Shown here in pieces: positions 41,901-50,212 of a DNA stretch of 64,000 nucleotides. Where the stretch lies: IMG/VR virus record IMGVR_UViG_3300020419_001132; one strand, written 5' to 3'. Position 1 is the stretch's first letter. Every line of letters starts with the position of its first letter. This DNA is from a virus. Taxonomy: Duplodnaviria; Caudoviricetes. Made by a program: the position numbers and the translations under genes. The notes under the pieces were generated by a model that saw nothing but the letters and a program-made list of their open reading frames with translations, did not search any database and was not told where the DNA came from.

Positions 41901-43807
41901 GCATCATATACATAAAAGGTTCCTGTACCAGAGTCTTGTTCAAACTTATCTGCGGGAGTTTCTATTGTCTGAAGTGAACCACCCTGACCAAAACTGGTTG
42001 CTCCTATTACGATTTTACTATCAGTTGCGTCTACCGAAGCACCAAAACGATCATATTTAGCATAACTTTCATATCCTGATGCGTATGCATTACTAGGTGT
42101 GAGAAAACTTCTTATATAGTTTCCTGATAAATCAAATTGATATACCTTTCCTGATTTTATACCTTGACTGCCACTACCCCTATAGCTAGCCGATGAAATA
42201 ATAATGTAACTGTCAGTTAAACATACACCATTGCTGAATCTAGCAGTTGCTGATCCTTCACTGAGAGCATAATCGCCACCCCATCTATTGGCTTGACTTC
42301 CACTGCCGCCTGATTCATATTTTGGTATTGTAACACTAGGAGTTTGTGTACTTGGACTTGTGTTCATACTAGAAAGTTCATATATGTAAACTTCTTGCAA
42401 ATTAGTTGGCGAAGCTATGGCAACTTTTGTTTTATTCATATCAATGCCTATGCCGAAATGATTACTACCGGTTGGTATTGTAGGTGTAAGAAAATCATAA
42501 CGTTGTCCATCTGAAAGCCTATAAACGTAAGCCGCTCCTCTATTACTAGAACCAACATCTGAATAGTGTGCTCCTATGCCTACATAGTGAGTCGAAGCAC
42601 CATCTGGAGTCATACATAGACCGGCTCCAAAGTAATTGTTGCTACCAGAATATGTAGGGTCAGTAAATGAATGTGCTAGTGATCCTGTACTTAAATCATA
42701 AACATCTACAGAGCCGTTGGAATCAAAATTACCAATTGCAATATAAGAGTCGTTCATAGCTAACTGGGTTCCCCACTCTTCGGAAGTACCAGCAGTAGAA
42801 TCGTCAAATGTGTATACTAATTGATCGTTTGATCTATTGAAAACATAACATTTATTATCACCAGCACTCCAGCTAGTAAATCTAAACACAGTAAAAGCAT
42901 AATAACTTGTGCTGACCGCCATGTCTCCCATTATCCAGTGATTTGAAGGAAATGTTGTTACAAAGTTTGAAACATTTATATCTACTTCTGCATCAAATTC
43001 TGCTTGATATTCAGTTGCATTTGATGGTTGTGTTGCAAATGTTCTTACTTTTCCACTTTCGTTAACAATCATCTTGTCAGCATATAAAATAGGAGGTCCA
43101 TTGTTAGCAAATACGCTTTGTGCAATAGTGCTGTTTAATTGAATGCTTTGACTTGTTACTAGTGCATCTGTTGTTAAACTTACAGCATGTCCATCTTTAT
43201 ACATAAATCCTGCTGAACCTAAATCATATGTGTCTGTGACATCAGGTAAAAGATTGTTGTTTATATCTGCACCTATAGAAACATTATCTTCTCCGCCACT
43301 ACCTAGTGTAATGTTTCCATCTGCTGTAATATTTCCTGTAGCAGTAATGTTTCCGTCTACGTTTGTGTTAGCAAAAAATTCAGTTGTTCCTGTGCCTGCA
43401 GGATCTAAAACGATGTTGTTATTATTATCTGTACTAATATTATTATCTCTAGCAGTTATTACAATATTATTAGAAGAATCTTTTGTACCAAATCCAGTCA
43501 TGCGTATTGCATTACCTGCGTTAAGATTTATATCACCACTTGATATTGCTATGCTTTCAGAACTTATTGTAAAGTTGCCAAATGTTGCAGAGGAACCTGC
43601 GATTAATTTAGATCCTAAACTTATTTGTGATGGAATATATAAGTCAGCTAGAGGAGTACCGTTGTAGTTTACACTTAGCTTTTTGTTAGCTGAATCAATA
43701 AAAAGAATAGGATCGTCAGTTAACACATTTTTAAAAGAAAGGCCAACGCCCTGTCTTTCTAAATTTGCATTAAGTAATGGACCCGATATTCTACCTACTT
43801 GTGACAC
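38951..43807 (-). CDS. Large fibre protein (1618 aa), paralog of 35002..38805, with a beta-propeller insert
   Basis: GTG start with AAGGAG RBS; MSQVGRISGPLL; shared EASMLFHSVTFITPGV...RVEWLNCFTYFA; FG-GAP-like repeats. Confidence 0.85.
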   Translation of the reverse strand: MSQVGRISGPLLNANLERQGVGLSFKNVLTDDPILFIDSANKKLSVNYNGTPLADLYIPSQISLGSKLIAGSSATFGNFTISSESIAISSGDINLNAGNAIRMTGFGTKDSSNNIVITARDNNISTDNNNNIVLDPAGTGTTEFFANTNVDGNITATGNITADGNITLGSGGEDNVSIGADINNNLLPDVTDTYDLGSAGFMYKDGHAVSLTTDALVTSQSIQLNSTIAQSVFANNGPPILYADKMIVNESGKVRTFATQPSNATEYQAEFDAEVDINVSNFVTTFPSNHWIMGDMAVSTSYYAFTVFRFTSWSAGDNKCYVFNRSNDQLVYTFDDSTAGTSEEWGTQLAMNDSYIAIGNFDSNGSVDVYDLSTGSLAHSFTDPTYSGSNNYFGAGLCMTPDGASTHYVGIGAHYSDVGSSNRGAAYVYRLSDGQRYDFLTPTIPTGSNHFGIGIDMNKTKVAIASPTNLQEVYIYELSSMNTSPSTQTPSVTIPKYESGGSGSQANRWGGDYALSEGSATARFSNGVCLTDSYIIISSASYRGSGSQGIKSGKVYQFDLSGNYIRSFLTPSNAYASGYESYAKYDRFGASVDATDSKIVIGATSFGQGGSLQTIETPADKFEQDSGTGTFYVYDASTGDLLSRSPAAWYQSGLQTYAGTGTSSTRISSYFFSENFGARVRIDGNHIFAMSEGGRTNQTTKPGGYMMFYDTSPPGNTIQNIGLDVGNTFYVAQHNGNDTNSGTTPYGPFKTIKRALDAADASTAGPVTIRVFAGGYEEVTPLVVPSNVTITGEDMRNTTVRPESAYQSNDVFHLTGETTVQNLTVKDFYYDSSGDTGYAFRFAPNSTITTRSPYIQNITVITQGTTTSASDPRGFASGDAGRGALVDGAAVLNTSEEASMLFHSVTFITPGVDALTCTNGVRVEWLNCFTYFANIGIHCKNGSTGHLSSDGSTTKYGAELRSIASACVYGNTGIKGDGADVLIYAINHNLAYIGAGKFVDNDPSRAIQSQEVVKANSAKVFFSSQDHSGNFRVGDVFHVNQEDGTTSLNLSSAEFANLNSLILTTGGNSTELYPDRIEVGDFRLKGQTLETVNLDLNLNSYSNMNMIKFLDNVNMTQNFVLDQGISIGGGFAYIGEQIGNTLVLGANIGSDLNPSVSGTHDLGTNALKWKEGYFSQINVADINMVDTKISTVVSNADLELVANGSGKVIVPGNTLEVKEMSTPPTGTMTFNNFSTQGITTTGDIIVNQNYIFNDLTATTMSINGPISFDSITFDMNNIRTTDSNADLELRASGTGNILFSNNTNFNNNATVNGTLKIGASNFTRVTADFTTGDLQLYQNVIETSNSNSNLELRPYPGKSVIAQKLKFDGTNLTNAPLYPTENITFSAPHVDVSSANKSIRIPRGTTAERGTATAGQFRYNTTDSIFEAYSTGWEGFNGLYSDNRTTKLLVHPTSDQIDITINSVSSGTIDATKFSHNGLQTDGETLVNGNTITTVVSNSDLELKPNGNGNIFVGTVMKFEDNKFINTASDGNISFASTGEGYSQFGGSTGIVIPVGTTAQRPENLGNPSTQGQLRFNTTLSRMEVYTGSVWENSAGFIETVPLNDAEDINFEQTLIFG

Positions 43808-43839
43808 GTAATTGTCTCCTTGTCACAGTATTTATTTTA

Positions 43840-44640
43840 TTATTTGTCGAAGTTATGTAGGACAGTTATAGGTTTATCTAATGGTGGTGCAGATGTAAAA
43901 CTTAAATAATAACCATCTAGATATGGGCCTGTGGAAGTACCAGATTTAAAAATCTTTCCACTACTAGCAATGTAGTTTGCTGTATTACCACCAGCTGTAT
44001 CAACAGCAATTTCTATTCTATTTGCGGCTGGTATGCTTGTAATTGTATGGCTTCCAGGAGAACTTGAATCATCAGTGTTTAAGTTTTCAACAGCATCGTC
44101 TATTGTGCTCTCTACTCCTGTAACATATATTAAATTAGCAGTGGTAAATCCGTGAGCTGTAGCTGTTTCAATTACTGTACTTGTTCCTACACTGACAATA
44201 CTTGTAATTGTATTTTGTGCGCCTGGATTTTGAACCAAAGAATAGTTTGTACTTGAAATTTGAAAAACGTTCTCTACAAATACTAAAACATTTTGTGCCG
44301 CCGCCGGTGTAGGATAATCGCTGTCACCACTTGCTAATGGTCCAAATATAGTTTCATTAGCATCTCCACTACCGAGATTTTGTTGTATTATTCCCACAGT
44401 ATTTGGTTCTTTGTATCTTACTTTTCTCCAAGCACCATTTTGATAACCTTCAATTTCGTTTGTATCGGTATTATAACGCAGATGTCCGTTTGCAGGACTA
44501 GTGGGTCTTTGTGCAGTTGTTCCTTTTGGAACAAGAATTGCATCAGTACTGTCTAAAATCACTTGACCGTTTATGTCATACCTAATACCTTTAGCTTTAA
44601 TGCTACGAAGATTAGTTGTTTGTGCTTTTATAAGTCTCAT
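43840..44640 (-). CDS. Structural protein with fibre modules
   Basis: PKGTTAQRP...GHLRYNTDTNEIEGYQNGAW; start moved to ATG 44640 (MRLIKAQ). Confidence 0.75.
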   Translation of the reverse strand: MRLIKAQTTNLRSIKAKGIRYDINGQVILDSTDAILVPKGTTAQRPTSPANGHLRYNTDTNEIEGYQNGAWRKVRYKEPNTVGIIQQNLGSGDANETIFGPLASGDSDYPTPAAAQNVLVFVENVFQISSTNYSLVQNPGAQNTITSIVSVGTSTVIETATAHGFTTANLIYVTGVESTIDDAVENLNTDDSSSPGSHTITSIPAANRIEIAVDTAGGNTANYIASSGKIFKSGTSTGPYLDGYYLSFTSAPPLDKPITVLHNFDK

Positions 44641-44641
44641 A

Positions 44642-44974
44642 TTATACTTCCAAGTAACTAACCATTGCACTTAAATTAGTATTACCGCTTCCTACGTCTG
44701 GAGATGCAACAAAAGATATCTTGTCACCTGTAGATAGTACTATTTTTTCGCTATCAAATGTAAATGTTTCTGTTGCATCAACAGAAAGTCCATTTATAAC
44801 CCGTGTAACATTGTTACTAAGTGCAGAGCCGCTTGGAATGAAATGCATATCAAATGTCGCCGCCGCACTTCCATTATTGCATACTAAAATATTAGTAATT
44901 GCATATGTTTTGTTTGACGGAACTGTGATTGCATCAAGTTGTGTAGTTGTTAATCTATTTGTTACTATTGCCAT
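44642..44974 (-). CDS. Small beta-rich virion protein (paralog set)
   Basis: ILVCN...EKIVLSTGDKI...MVSYLEV. Confidence 0.7.
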   Translation of the reverse strand: MAIVTNRLTTTQLDAITVPSNKTYAITNILVCNNGSAAATFDMHFIPSGSALSNNVTRVINGLSVDATETFTFDSEKIVLSTGDKISFVASPDVGSGNTNLSAMVSYLEV

Positions 44975-44985
44975 TTCATTTCCTT

Positions 44986-46026
44986 TTAAAAGATCATACT
45001 ATAAACCAAAGCACGATTGTGGCTTATAATCTCATCTGATGTACTGCTTTTATTTACAAAAAATAATCCTGTATTACCGGATCCTTGAGTTTTACTGTAT
45101 AATTTTATTCCTTCAGTAGGTGCACCTGGGTCAACACTTGCATCATCTACGCCCGGAGTTTCCATTAAGTTTAATATATCGTTTACCACAACAGATCCTG
45201 TGCCTGCCGCTTCAAGTTCTAAGTCTGCATTACTATCTAATACGGAAATTTTATTTCCTGATAACCTAATTGATGCAAATTCTAATCTGTTGTCATATAC
45301 TGCAAATCTTTCAGTACCGTCAATGTTTACAAGCATCTTACTTGGAGCACCTGTTACACTAAAATCTTGTACTTCAACCTTTGTATCACCTTCAGCTATA
45401 TTATCTGCCACACCCAATGTTGTTAGTGCATACGAAACATAATCAACTAGTGCTTTCGTATTAGGTATGTTGTCATCGTCTTGAACAACACCGCCACCGC
45501 CATCTACAATATTTGACCCTGTGTATGTAAAAATACCTTCTTCATAGTTTGTAGTGTTTGTAACACTTATCACATCCGAACCTGTATCTACATAAAGTTT
45601 TCCTGCAGATTTAATACCGTTAGTGTGTAAAGGCAAAATCTGTGCCGCTGAATTAATAAGTTTAAATGTACCAGTACTACTTGTAGCACCTAAACTCCAT
45701 GCAATAGTTTCATCAAACAATATTTTTGCATTGTCTAATGTGCCTCTTTCTATTTCAATACCAGCTTCTCTATTATTAGCAATACTGATACCAGCACCAG
45801 TTTCTCCACTATTGAGTAAAATAACATTGTCAGCGATTACAGTATTATTTGATTCGACTGTAGTTGTAGTACCTTCTACTTCTAAACTTCCTCTTACAAT
45901 TACTGTACCAGCAGGTTTTGAAGGAGATCCTGATGTAGTTCCCCTTGCAGTATCAAGAATAATATTTTGACCCGCTTCTACTTTTACTGAGTAATTTCCG
46001 TTTTCAACTTTTAGTACTTTTGACAT
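44986..46026 (-). CDS. Structural/baseplate-associated protein (346 aa)
   Basis: LEVEGTTTTVES...DNVILLNSGE...AGIEIERG fibre-type segment. Confidence 0.7.
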   Translation of the reverse strand: MSKVLKVENGNYSVKVEAGQNIILDTARGTTSGSPSKPAGTVIVRGSLEVEGTTTTVESNNTVIADNVILLNSGETGAGISIANNREAGIEIERGTLDNAKILFDETIAWSLGATSSTGTFKLINSAAQILPLHTNGIKSAGKLYVDTGSDVISVTNTTNYEEGIFTYTGSNIVDGGGGVVQDDDNIPNTKALVDYVSYALTTLGVADNIAEGDTKVEVQDFSVTGAPSKMLVNIDGTERFAVYDNRLEFASIRLSGNKISVLDSNADLELEAAGTGSVVVNDILNLMETPGVDDASVDPGAPTEGIKLYSKTQGSGNTGLFFVNKSSTSDEIISHNRALVYSMIF

Positions 46027-46037
46027 TTATAATCCTT

Positions 46038-46063
46038 AAAATGTAGGGGCTTTCACCCCTACA
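46038..46063 (-). terminator. Intrinsic terminator-like hairpin after the 143-aa gene
   Basis: UGUAGGGG-UGAAAG-CCCCUACA followed by UUUU. Confidence 0.65.
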
Positions 46064-46073
46064 CTATTAAAAC

Positions 46074-46505
46074 CTATTGTTTAGGTATGTTAACACTTAA
46101 TGTATTATTAACTGTTGAACCTTCCCTAGCACTAGCATCAATACCTATGCCGTAGATAGCAGTTTGTTCAGTACCGCCACCTTCTAGCTGTACAGTTCTA
46201 TTTCTAAGTTTTGTAACTTGGTAAACTGTTGAATCAGAACCTGTTGCATCAATTTTAAACTCTCCTGCAACTAATGCACCGTTAGCTTTGTTAACAAGTG
46301 TCATAAGTTCGTCGTCTGCATGTGTAGCAGGTGTAAACACGCCAGTTGCATTAGAATCTAATCTAATAACAAATTTATTATTACCAGCTTGTCTGTGAAT
46401 ATGTGCCGCTGATGTAGCTTCAGAACCACCTGTAAAAAAGTGTCTACTTACTTTAATACGTCCGGTACCAAAACCAATTTTGTCTTTGTTTATTGGTCTT
46501 CCCAT
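46074..46505 (-). CDS. Small structural protein (143 aa), stand-alone late transcription unit
   Basis: AAGGAG RBS; own GATAAATA motif at 46592-46599 and a downstream hairpin terminator. Confidence 0.7.
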   Translation of the reverse strand: MGRPINKDKIGFGTGRIKVSRHFFTGGSEATSAAHIHRQAGNNKFVIRLDSNATGVFTPATHADDELMTLVNKANGALVAGEFKIDATGSDSTVYQVTKLRNRTVQLEGGGTEQTAIYGIGIDASAREGSTVNNTLSVNIPKQ

Positions 46506-46609
46506 TGTTTTCTCCTTATCTTGACGTTCTAGGTCTACGCGGCGGGTAACCGCATAACCCCTCCATTATAGAGGTTCTCCTTTAACAATTATATTTATCA
46601 AATAAGGGA

Positions 46610-46830
46610 AAGTGTAAGATGCATTGGGAGGACTCGGTTATACCTCCAACCCCTCGACCGAGATGCCATTCTCAAATCCAGGGAGCCTAGTTCCGCTCGG
46701 GAGAGCGATGTGACTCAGCGTATTTCTACTACCAAACCTGGGTACCACCCCTAACTAGCCAAGTTCGACGCTCTGGTAAACGCCTCTTCCTTGCACAATG
46801 CTATTAATAAACCGTCGTCTACTAACAATA
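46610..46830 (-). ncRNA. Candidate structured non-coding RNA of unknown family
   Basis: ORF-free GC-rich block just downstream of a consensus sigma70 promoter; terminal stem GCAUUG/CAAUGC (46796-46801 with 46621-46626) and several internal stems. Confidence 0.6.
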
Positions 46831-46835
46831 TATAT

Positions 46836-46864
46836 ACTATAGCAAATACAATACTATTTGTCAA
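46836..46864 (-). promoter_or_regulatory. Host sigma70-type promoter
   Basis: TTGACA (46859-46864), 17-nt spacer, TATAGT (46836-46841). Confidence 0.8.
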
Positions 46865-46871
46865 CCTTTTT

Positions 46872-47114
46872 TTACGGTAAAATGTAAATTATTTTATCAA
46901 CTTGTCCAAAAATATCATATTTGTCAGCAAACCATGTCATATATGCTATATCTCCAATTATATATGCTAGTCCTATAAAGAATAAAGTTTCTACACCTAT
47001 TCTTATATAATCCTTACGTGTATATATGTGTTGATAATCTTCTTCATCCAATATTGCATATGCTACAGGTTTGCCCATATGTAATCTTACTATACCTTTT
47101 TTCTTAAATGCCAT
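46872..47114 (-). CDS. Small membrane protein (80 aa)
   Basis: One hydrophobic helix IGVETLFFIGLAYIIG. Confidence 0.6.
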   Translation of the reverse strand: MAFKKKGIVRLHMGKPVAYAILDEEDYQHIYTRKDYIRIGVETLFFIGLAYIIGDIAYMTWFADKYDIFGQVDKIIYILP

Positions 47115-47115
47115 T

Positions 47116-47208
47116 TTATTTTTTTGATTTAATACGCACTAACCAAATTGTGCTGTGCTCTGTCTTTTTTTCATAAATTGTTTCTAGTACAAAGTCTTTC
47201 TTTTTCAT
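47116..47208 (-). CDS. Possible 30-aa ORF MKKKDFVLETIYEKKTEHSTIWLVRIKSKK
   Basis: Manual translation; stop lies 1 nt from the next start; no clear RBS. Confidence 0.3.
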   Translation of the reverse strand: MKKKDFVLETIYEKKTEHSTIWLVRIKSKK

Positions 47209-47221
47209 TTGAAATTTAGTC

Positions 47222-47250
47222 AAAAAAATAGGCCCCGTAGGGCCTATTTT
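47222..47250 (-). terminator. Rho-independent terminator after the major capsid gene
   Basis: AAAAUAGGCCC-UACG-GGGCCUAUUUUUUU. Confidence 0.9.
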
Positions 47251-47268
47251 AATTTATGCTAAAAGATA

Positions 47269-48450
47269 TTAGCTGAAGCTTACGTTAGCATTAGTAATAT
47301 CTACTAATCCTAAGTAATCTGCCGCGTTACCAAGCGATGAAGCTGTGTTAGATAGCTCAACATATCCGTATCTAGTCATAAATGATACGACTGGCTCGAA
47401 TGATGATGGATCTAATACAACGCCACTTGACATCAATGGAATGTATGGGCAGTAAAAAGCGGCCGCATCTGATTCACTTGAACCTTTGTAACCAACTAAT
47501 ACGCCTGTACCGTCGCCTGCATATGAGTCAACATACACTCTCATTGCGTTGTTTAATGTACCAACGAATTTAGTGTTTGTTGGAGCTTCAAATGCACCTT
47601 CAGTTGTTCTTGCGAACGCTGAAGTTGTAGCACTTTGTAAGATTGTTAACGCAAATGGGCTAACAACTGCAAAGTTTCCTGCTCCTCTACGTGTACGCTG
47701 AGCAATCAAGTTTGATACTCTGTTAATTTGAACAGCGAGTGCCGCATGTTCGTCACCAACAAAAGTAGCAGTACCTGAAACTGCCGCTTGATCATAAGTT
47801 TCAGCGGCTGTACCTGCTAGTGTACGTAGGCTTGTTAGAACCTCTTGGTCAATTTCAGCAGTAATTTCTTGTGCTAAAGCCGCCATAATTTCAGCTTCAA
47901 CATCAATACCGTGCTGTGATTGTGCATCCTGAGCAGATTCAAAAGTCCATCTAGCTGATAGCTTTCTGGTTTTTGCTTCTACAGTTTGCTTGAGGATCTG
48001 AATTGACAGTCTGTTACCAGCCGCCCCTTCAAGTGCCGCAGTAGTATTCGCTTTACCTGCAGTACCGTCTCCAGAATAGGCTTGACCAATTCTGAATGGT
48101 GATAACGCTTCATCACCAGCTGTAACATCGTTAGCTGATCCTGTAGCGTTTTGAGTGTCCGCATAGCGTACTCTCAATGTGTGGATCTGACCCACTGGTC
48201 CAGTCATAGGCTGAACACCAACAATTTCATTTGCAATCACTGTTGGCATTACACGTCTGATAACTGGAAGAATAACTCTATTAAGAGTTGCAACATTACC
48301 GGCAGAAGTCGCACCAGCTGTGGCCGCCTCTTGCAAATACTGCTTAGTATTTTCAAGTGTGGTTGCCATTACGCTTTTCTTTGTGCCTTGTAGGCCTTCA
48401 AGAAGTGCTGTTTTGGTATCCTGCCAGCGACTTTCTAATAGTTCTGACAT
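47269..48450 (-). CDS. g23: Major capsid protein (T4 gp23 family)
   Basis: IVGVQPMTGPVGQI, TVEAKTRKLSARWTFESAQD, EITAEID, AFYCPYIPL, F(M)TRYG. Confidence 0.95.
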   Translation of the reverse strand: MSELLESRWQDTKTALLEGLQGTKKSVMATTLENTKQYLQEAATAGATSAGNVATLNRVILPVIRRVMPTVIANEIVGVQPMTGPVGQIHTLRVRYADTQNATGSANDVTAGDEALSPFRIGQAYSGDGTAGKANTTAALEGAAGNRLSIQILKQTVEAKTRKLSARWTFESAQDAQSQHGIDVEAEIMAALAQEITAEIDQEVLTSLRTLAGTAAETYDQAAVSGTATFVGDEHAALAVQINRVSNLIAQRTRRGAGNFAVVSPFALTILQSATTSAFARTTEGAFEAPTNTKFVGTLNNAMRVYVDSYAGDGTGVLVGYKGSSESDAAAFYCPYIPLMSSGVVLDPSSFEPVVSFMTRYGYVELSNTASSLGNAADYLGLVDITNANVSFS

Positions 48451-48461
48451 TTGGTATCTCC

Positions 48462-49559
48462 TTATTTTAATCCTGCAAGTCGTTGAATGTCAATAACATT
48501 CCCGCCTGCAACGTGATTTGTGTCACTATCTTGGTTTTCTTCTCTATTGCCTGTTACTTCTTTGCCTTCTGTCATAATTGCCTTCTTTTCTGGAGTTTTA
48601 CCGTCTATAACTGCCGGTAGGTACTTATCAAACGCCGATTTTAACCTCTTGGTTTGAACACTTTCCAGTAAATCGATCATAATCTCTTTTTGATCTTTGC
48701 TCAGTGGACTAATCAACTCAGCAACCGTATCTTTTCTCATAGCAGAATCTGCCATTTTGGCAATTTCAGCATCTTTAGATTCAGCAATTTTTGACTTTTT
48801 GCTTACTTCTACTTTTGCTTCTGCTAGTTGCTTGTCCTTCGAATCAATTAACTTTAACAATTTAGCCGTTTCTGACTTTTCGTTAAGATAACTGTTGCCG
48901 TATTCAGCGGCAAATGCTTCAAACAGTCTACGACCAAAATCATTCTTTCTTGCGGCTTCAATATCTTCTTTCAGCTGATGAATCTCTTTGTTAAGAACTT
49001 TATCAACTATTCCAGATACTTTGTCCGCACTCTTTTCAATGAACTTAGTTTTTAACTTATTGAAATGAACTTTAGCTTCACGTACAAGTTTTACCTTGGT
49101 TTCAGCTAGGTCTTTTTTGTCTGTTTGGAACTCTGCAATCTCTTTTGCAAGTGAGTCAACTACAAAATCTTCAAGCATTTTAAATTTGTTAGCCATGCCT
49201 TTTTGATCTTCATGAAGTTCATTTACTTCTACTTTAAGTTGATTCATAACAAAACCTTTTAGTAGATCTGCATTTTCACGCATCGCTACACCGTATTTGG
49301 CTTTTGCAGTTGAAAGTTGATTACGATCTTCAGCTAATTCTTTCATCTCAGCTTCTAATCTATCTGTAACCATCTTATCTACAGCTTCAGCCATAACATT
49401 TTTGTCATGCTCGTACTTTTTAGCAAATTCTTCACGAAGTTCGCTGGTAACTTCAAGTCGATTTTCATTAATCTTCTTGTTCCATGCTTCTTCGATTTCC
49501 TGACGCACTTCTGCGGAAACTACATCATTTTCAAACAAAGTTTTTAGTGCATCCAACAT
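48462..49559 (-). CDS. g22: Prohead core scaffolding protein (gp22-like)
   Basis: Coiled-coil, Glu/Lys-rich, located between the protease and capsid genes. Confidence 0.85.
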   Translation of the reverse strand: MLDALKTLFENDVVSAEVRQEIEEAWNKKINENRLEVTSELREEFAKKYEHDKNVMAEAVDKMVTDRLEAEMKELAEDRNQLSTAKAKYGVAMRENADLLKGFVMNQLKVEVNELHEDQKGMANKFKMLEDFVVDSLAKEIAEFQTDKKDLAETKVKLVREAKVHFNKLKTKFIEKSADKVSGIVDKVLNKEIHQLKEDIEAARKNDFGRRLFEAFAAEYGNSYLNEKSETAKLLKLIDSKDKQLAEAKVEVSKKSKIAESKDAEIAKMADSAMRKDTVAELISPLSKDQKEIMIDLLESVQTKRLKSAFDKYLPAVIDGKTPEKKAIMTEGKEVTGNREENQDSDTNHVAGGNVIDIQRLAGLK

Positions 49560-49573
49560 TGTATTTTCTCCTT

Positions 49574-50197
49574 TTATTGGAGTCGGTTGATTATATTAAC
49601 CAACGATTCTCTTAAATATTTTTGTGCCTTTGGGTCGTCTTTTGTAGCCTGTGCTAACTCGTATGCCTTGTAGCCTCCACGTGCATTCATTAAATGCTCA
49701 TAAATTGGTGTAGGATATGCTCCTGGAGCACTTGGTTGTGCTACCACATCCACCGTAATAATTTCAAAATCCGATACTTCACCGGATCCGTCTTCTTTTA
49801 CGTTACCAGAGCCCCTAGAGGAGACACCAAGTTTAACTCCGCTTTCCAGCATTGTTTTAACTAGGCTTCCCATAGGGGTTGGTAAAATTTTCATTTTTCC
49901 GTAACCGTTTGGACCATCCATCCACATTTCGGATATCATATGGCTCACACGATCCAGATTAACAGTTAGTCCTTCTGGATGATCAACTTCTCCGAGTACA
50001 CTATATCCGCCGGCTATCTGATCGCTGAGAGTTTTGACAGCCCTGCCAATTTCATTTACAGGATAAACACGCTGATTTGCGTTTTTAACACCTCCCTGAA
50101 TACAAATACCTTTCATAAACAGGTCTTTTCCTTCATTGGCATTCTCCACGACAATGTTTGCCTGGTCGAATGAAAGATGTTCTCTTAATAAGTTCAT
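49574..50197 (-). CDS. g21: Prohead protease (gp21)
   Basis: NANQRVYP, LGEVDHP, LGVSSRGSG, DVVAQPSAPGA. Confidence 0.95.
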   Translation of the reverse strand: MNLLREHLSFDQANIVVENANEGKDLFMKGICIQGGVKNANQRVYPVNEIGRAVKTLSDQIAGGYSVLGEVDHPEGLTVNLDRVSHMISEMWMDGPNGYGKMKILPTPMGSLVKTMLESGVKLGVSSRGSGNVKEDGSGEVSDFEIITVDVVAQPSAPGAYPTPIYEHLMNARGGYKAYELAQATKDDPKAQKYLRESLVNIINRLQ

Positions 50198-50212
50198 CTA
50201 CCTAAGTCCTAA

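Noticed and set aside
46741-46790. tRNA suggested by GTTCGA at 46763-46768
   Set aside because: No acceptor stem, D-arm or anticodon arm can be built on either strand.
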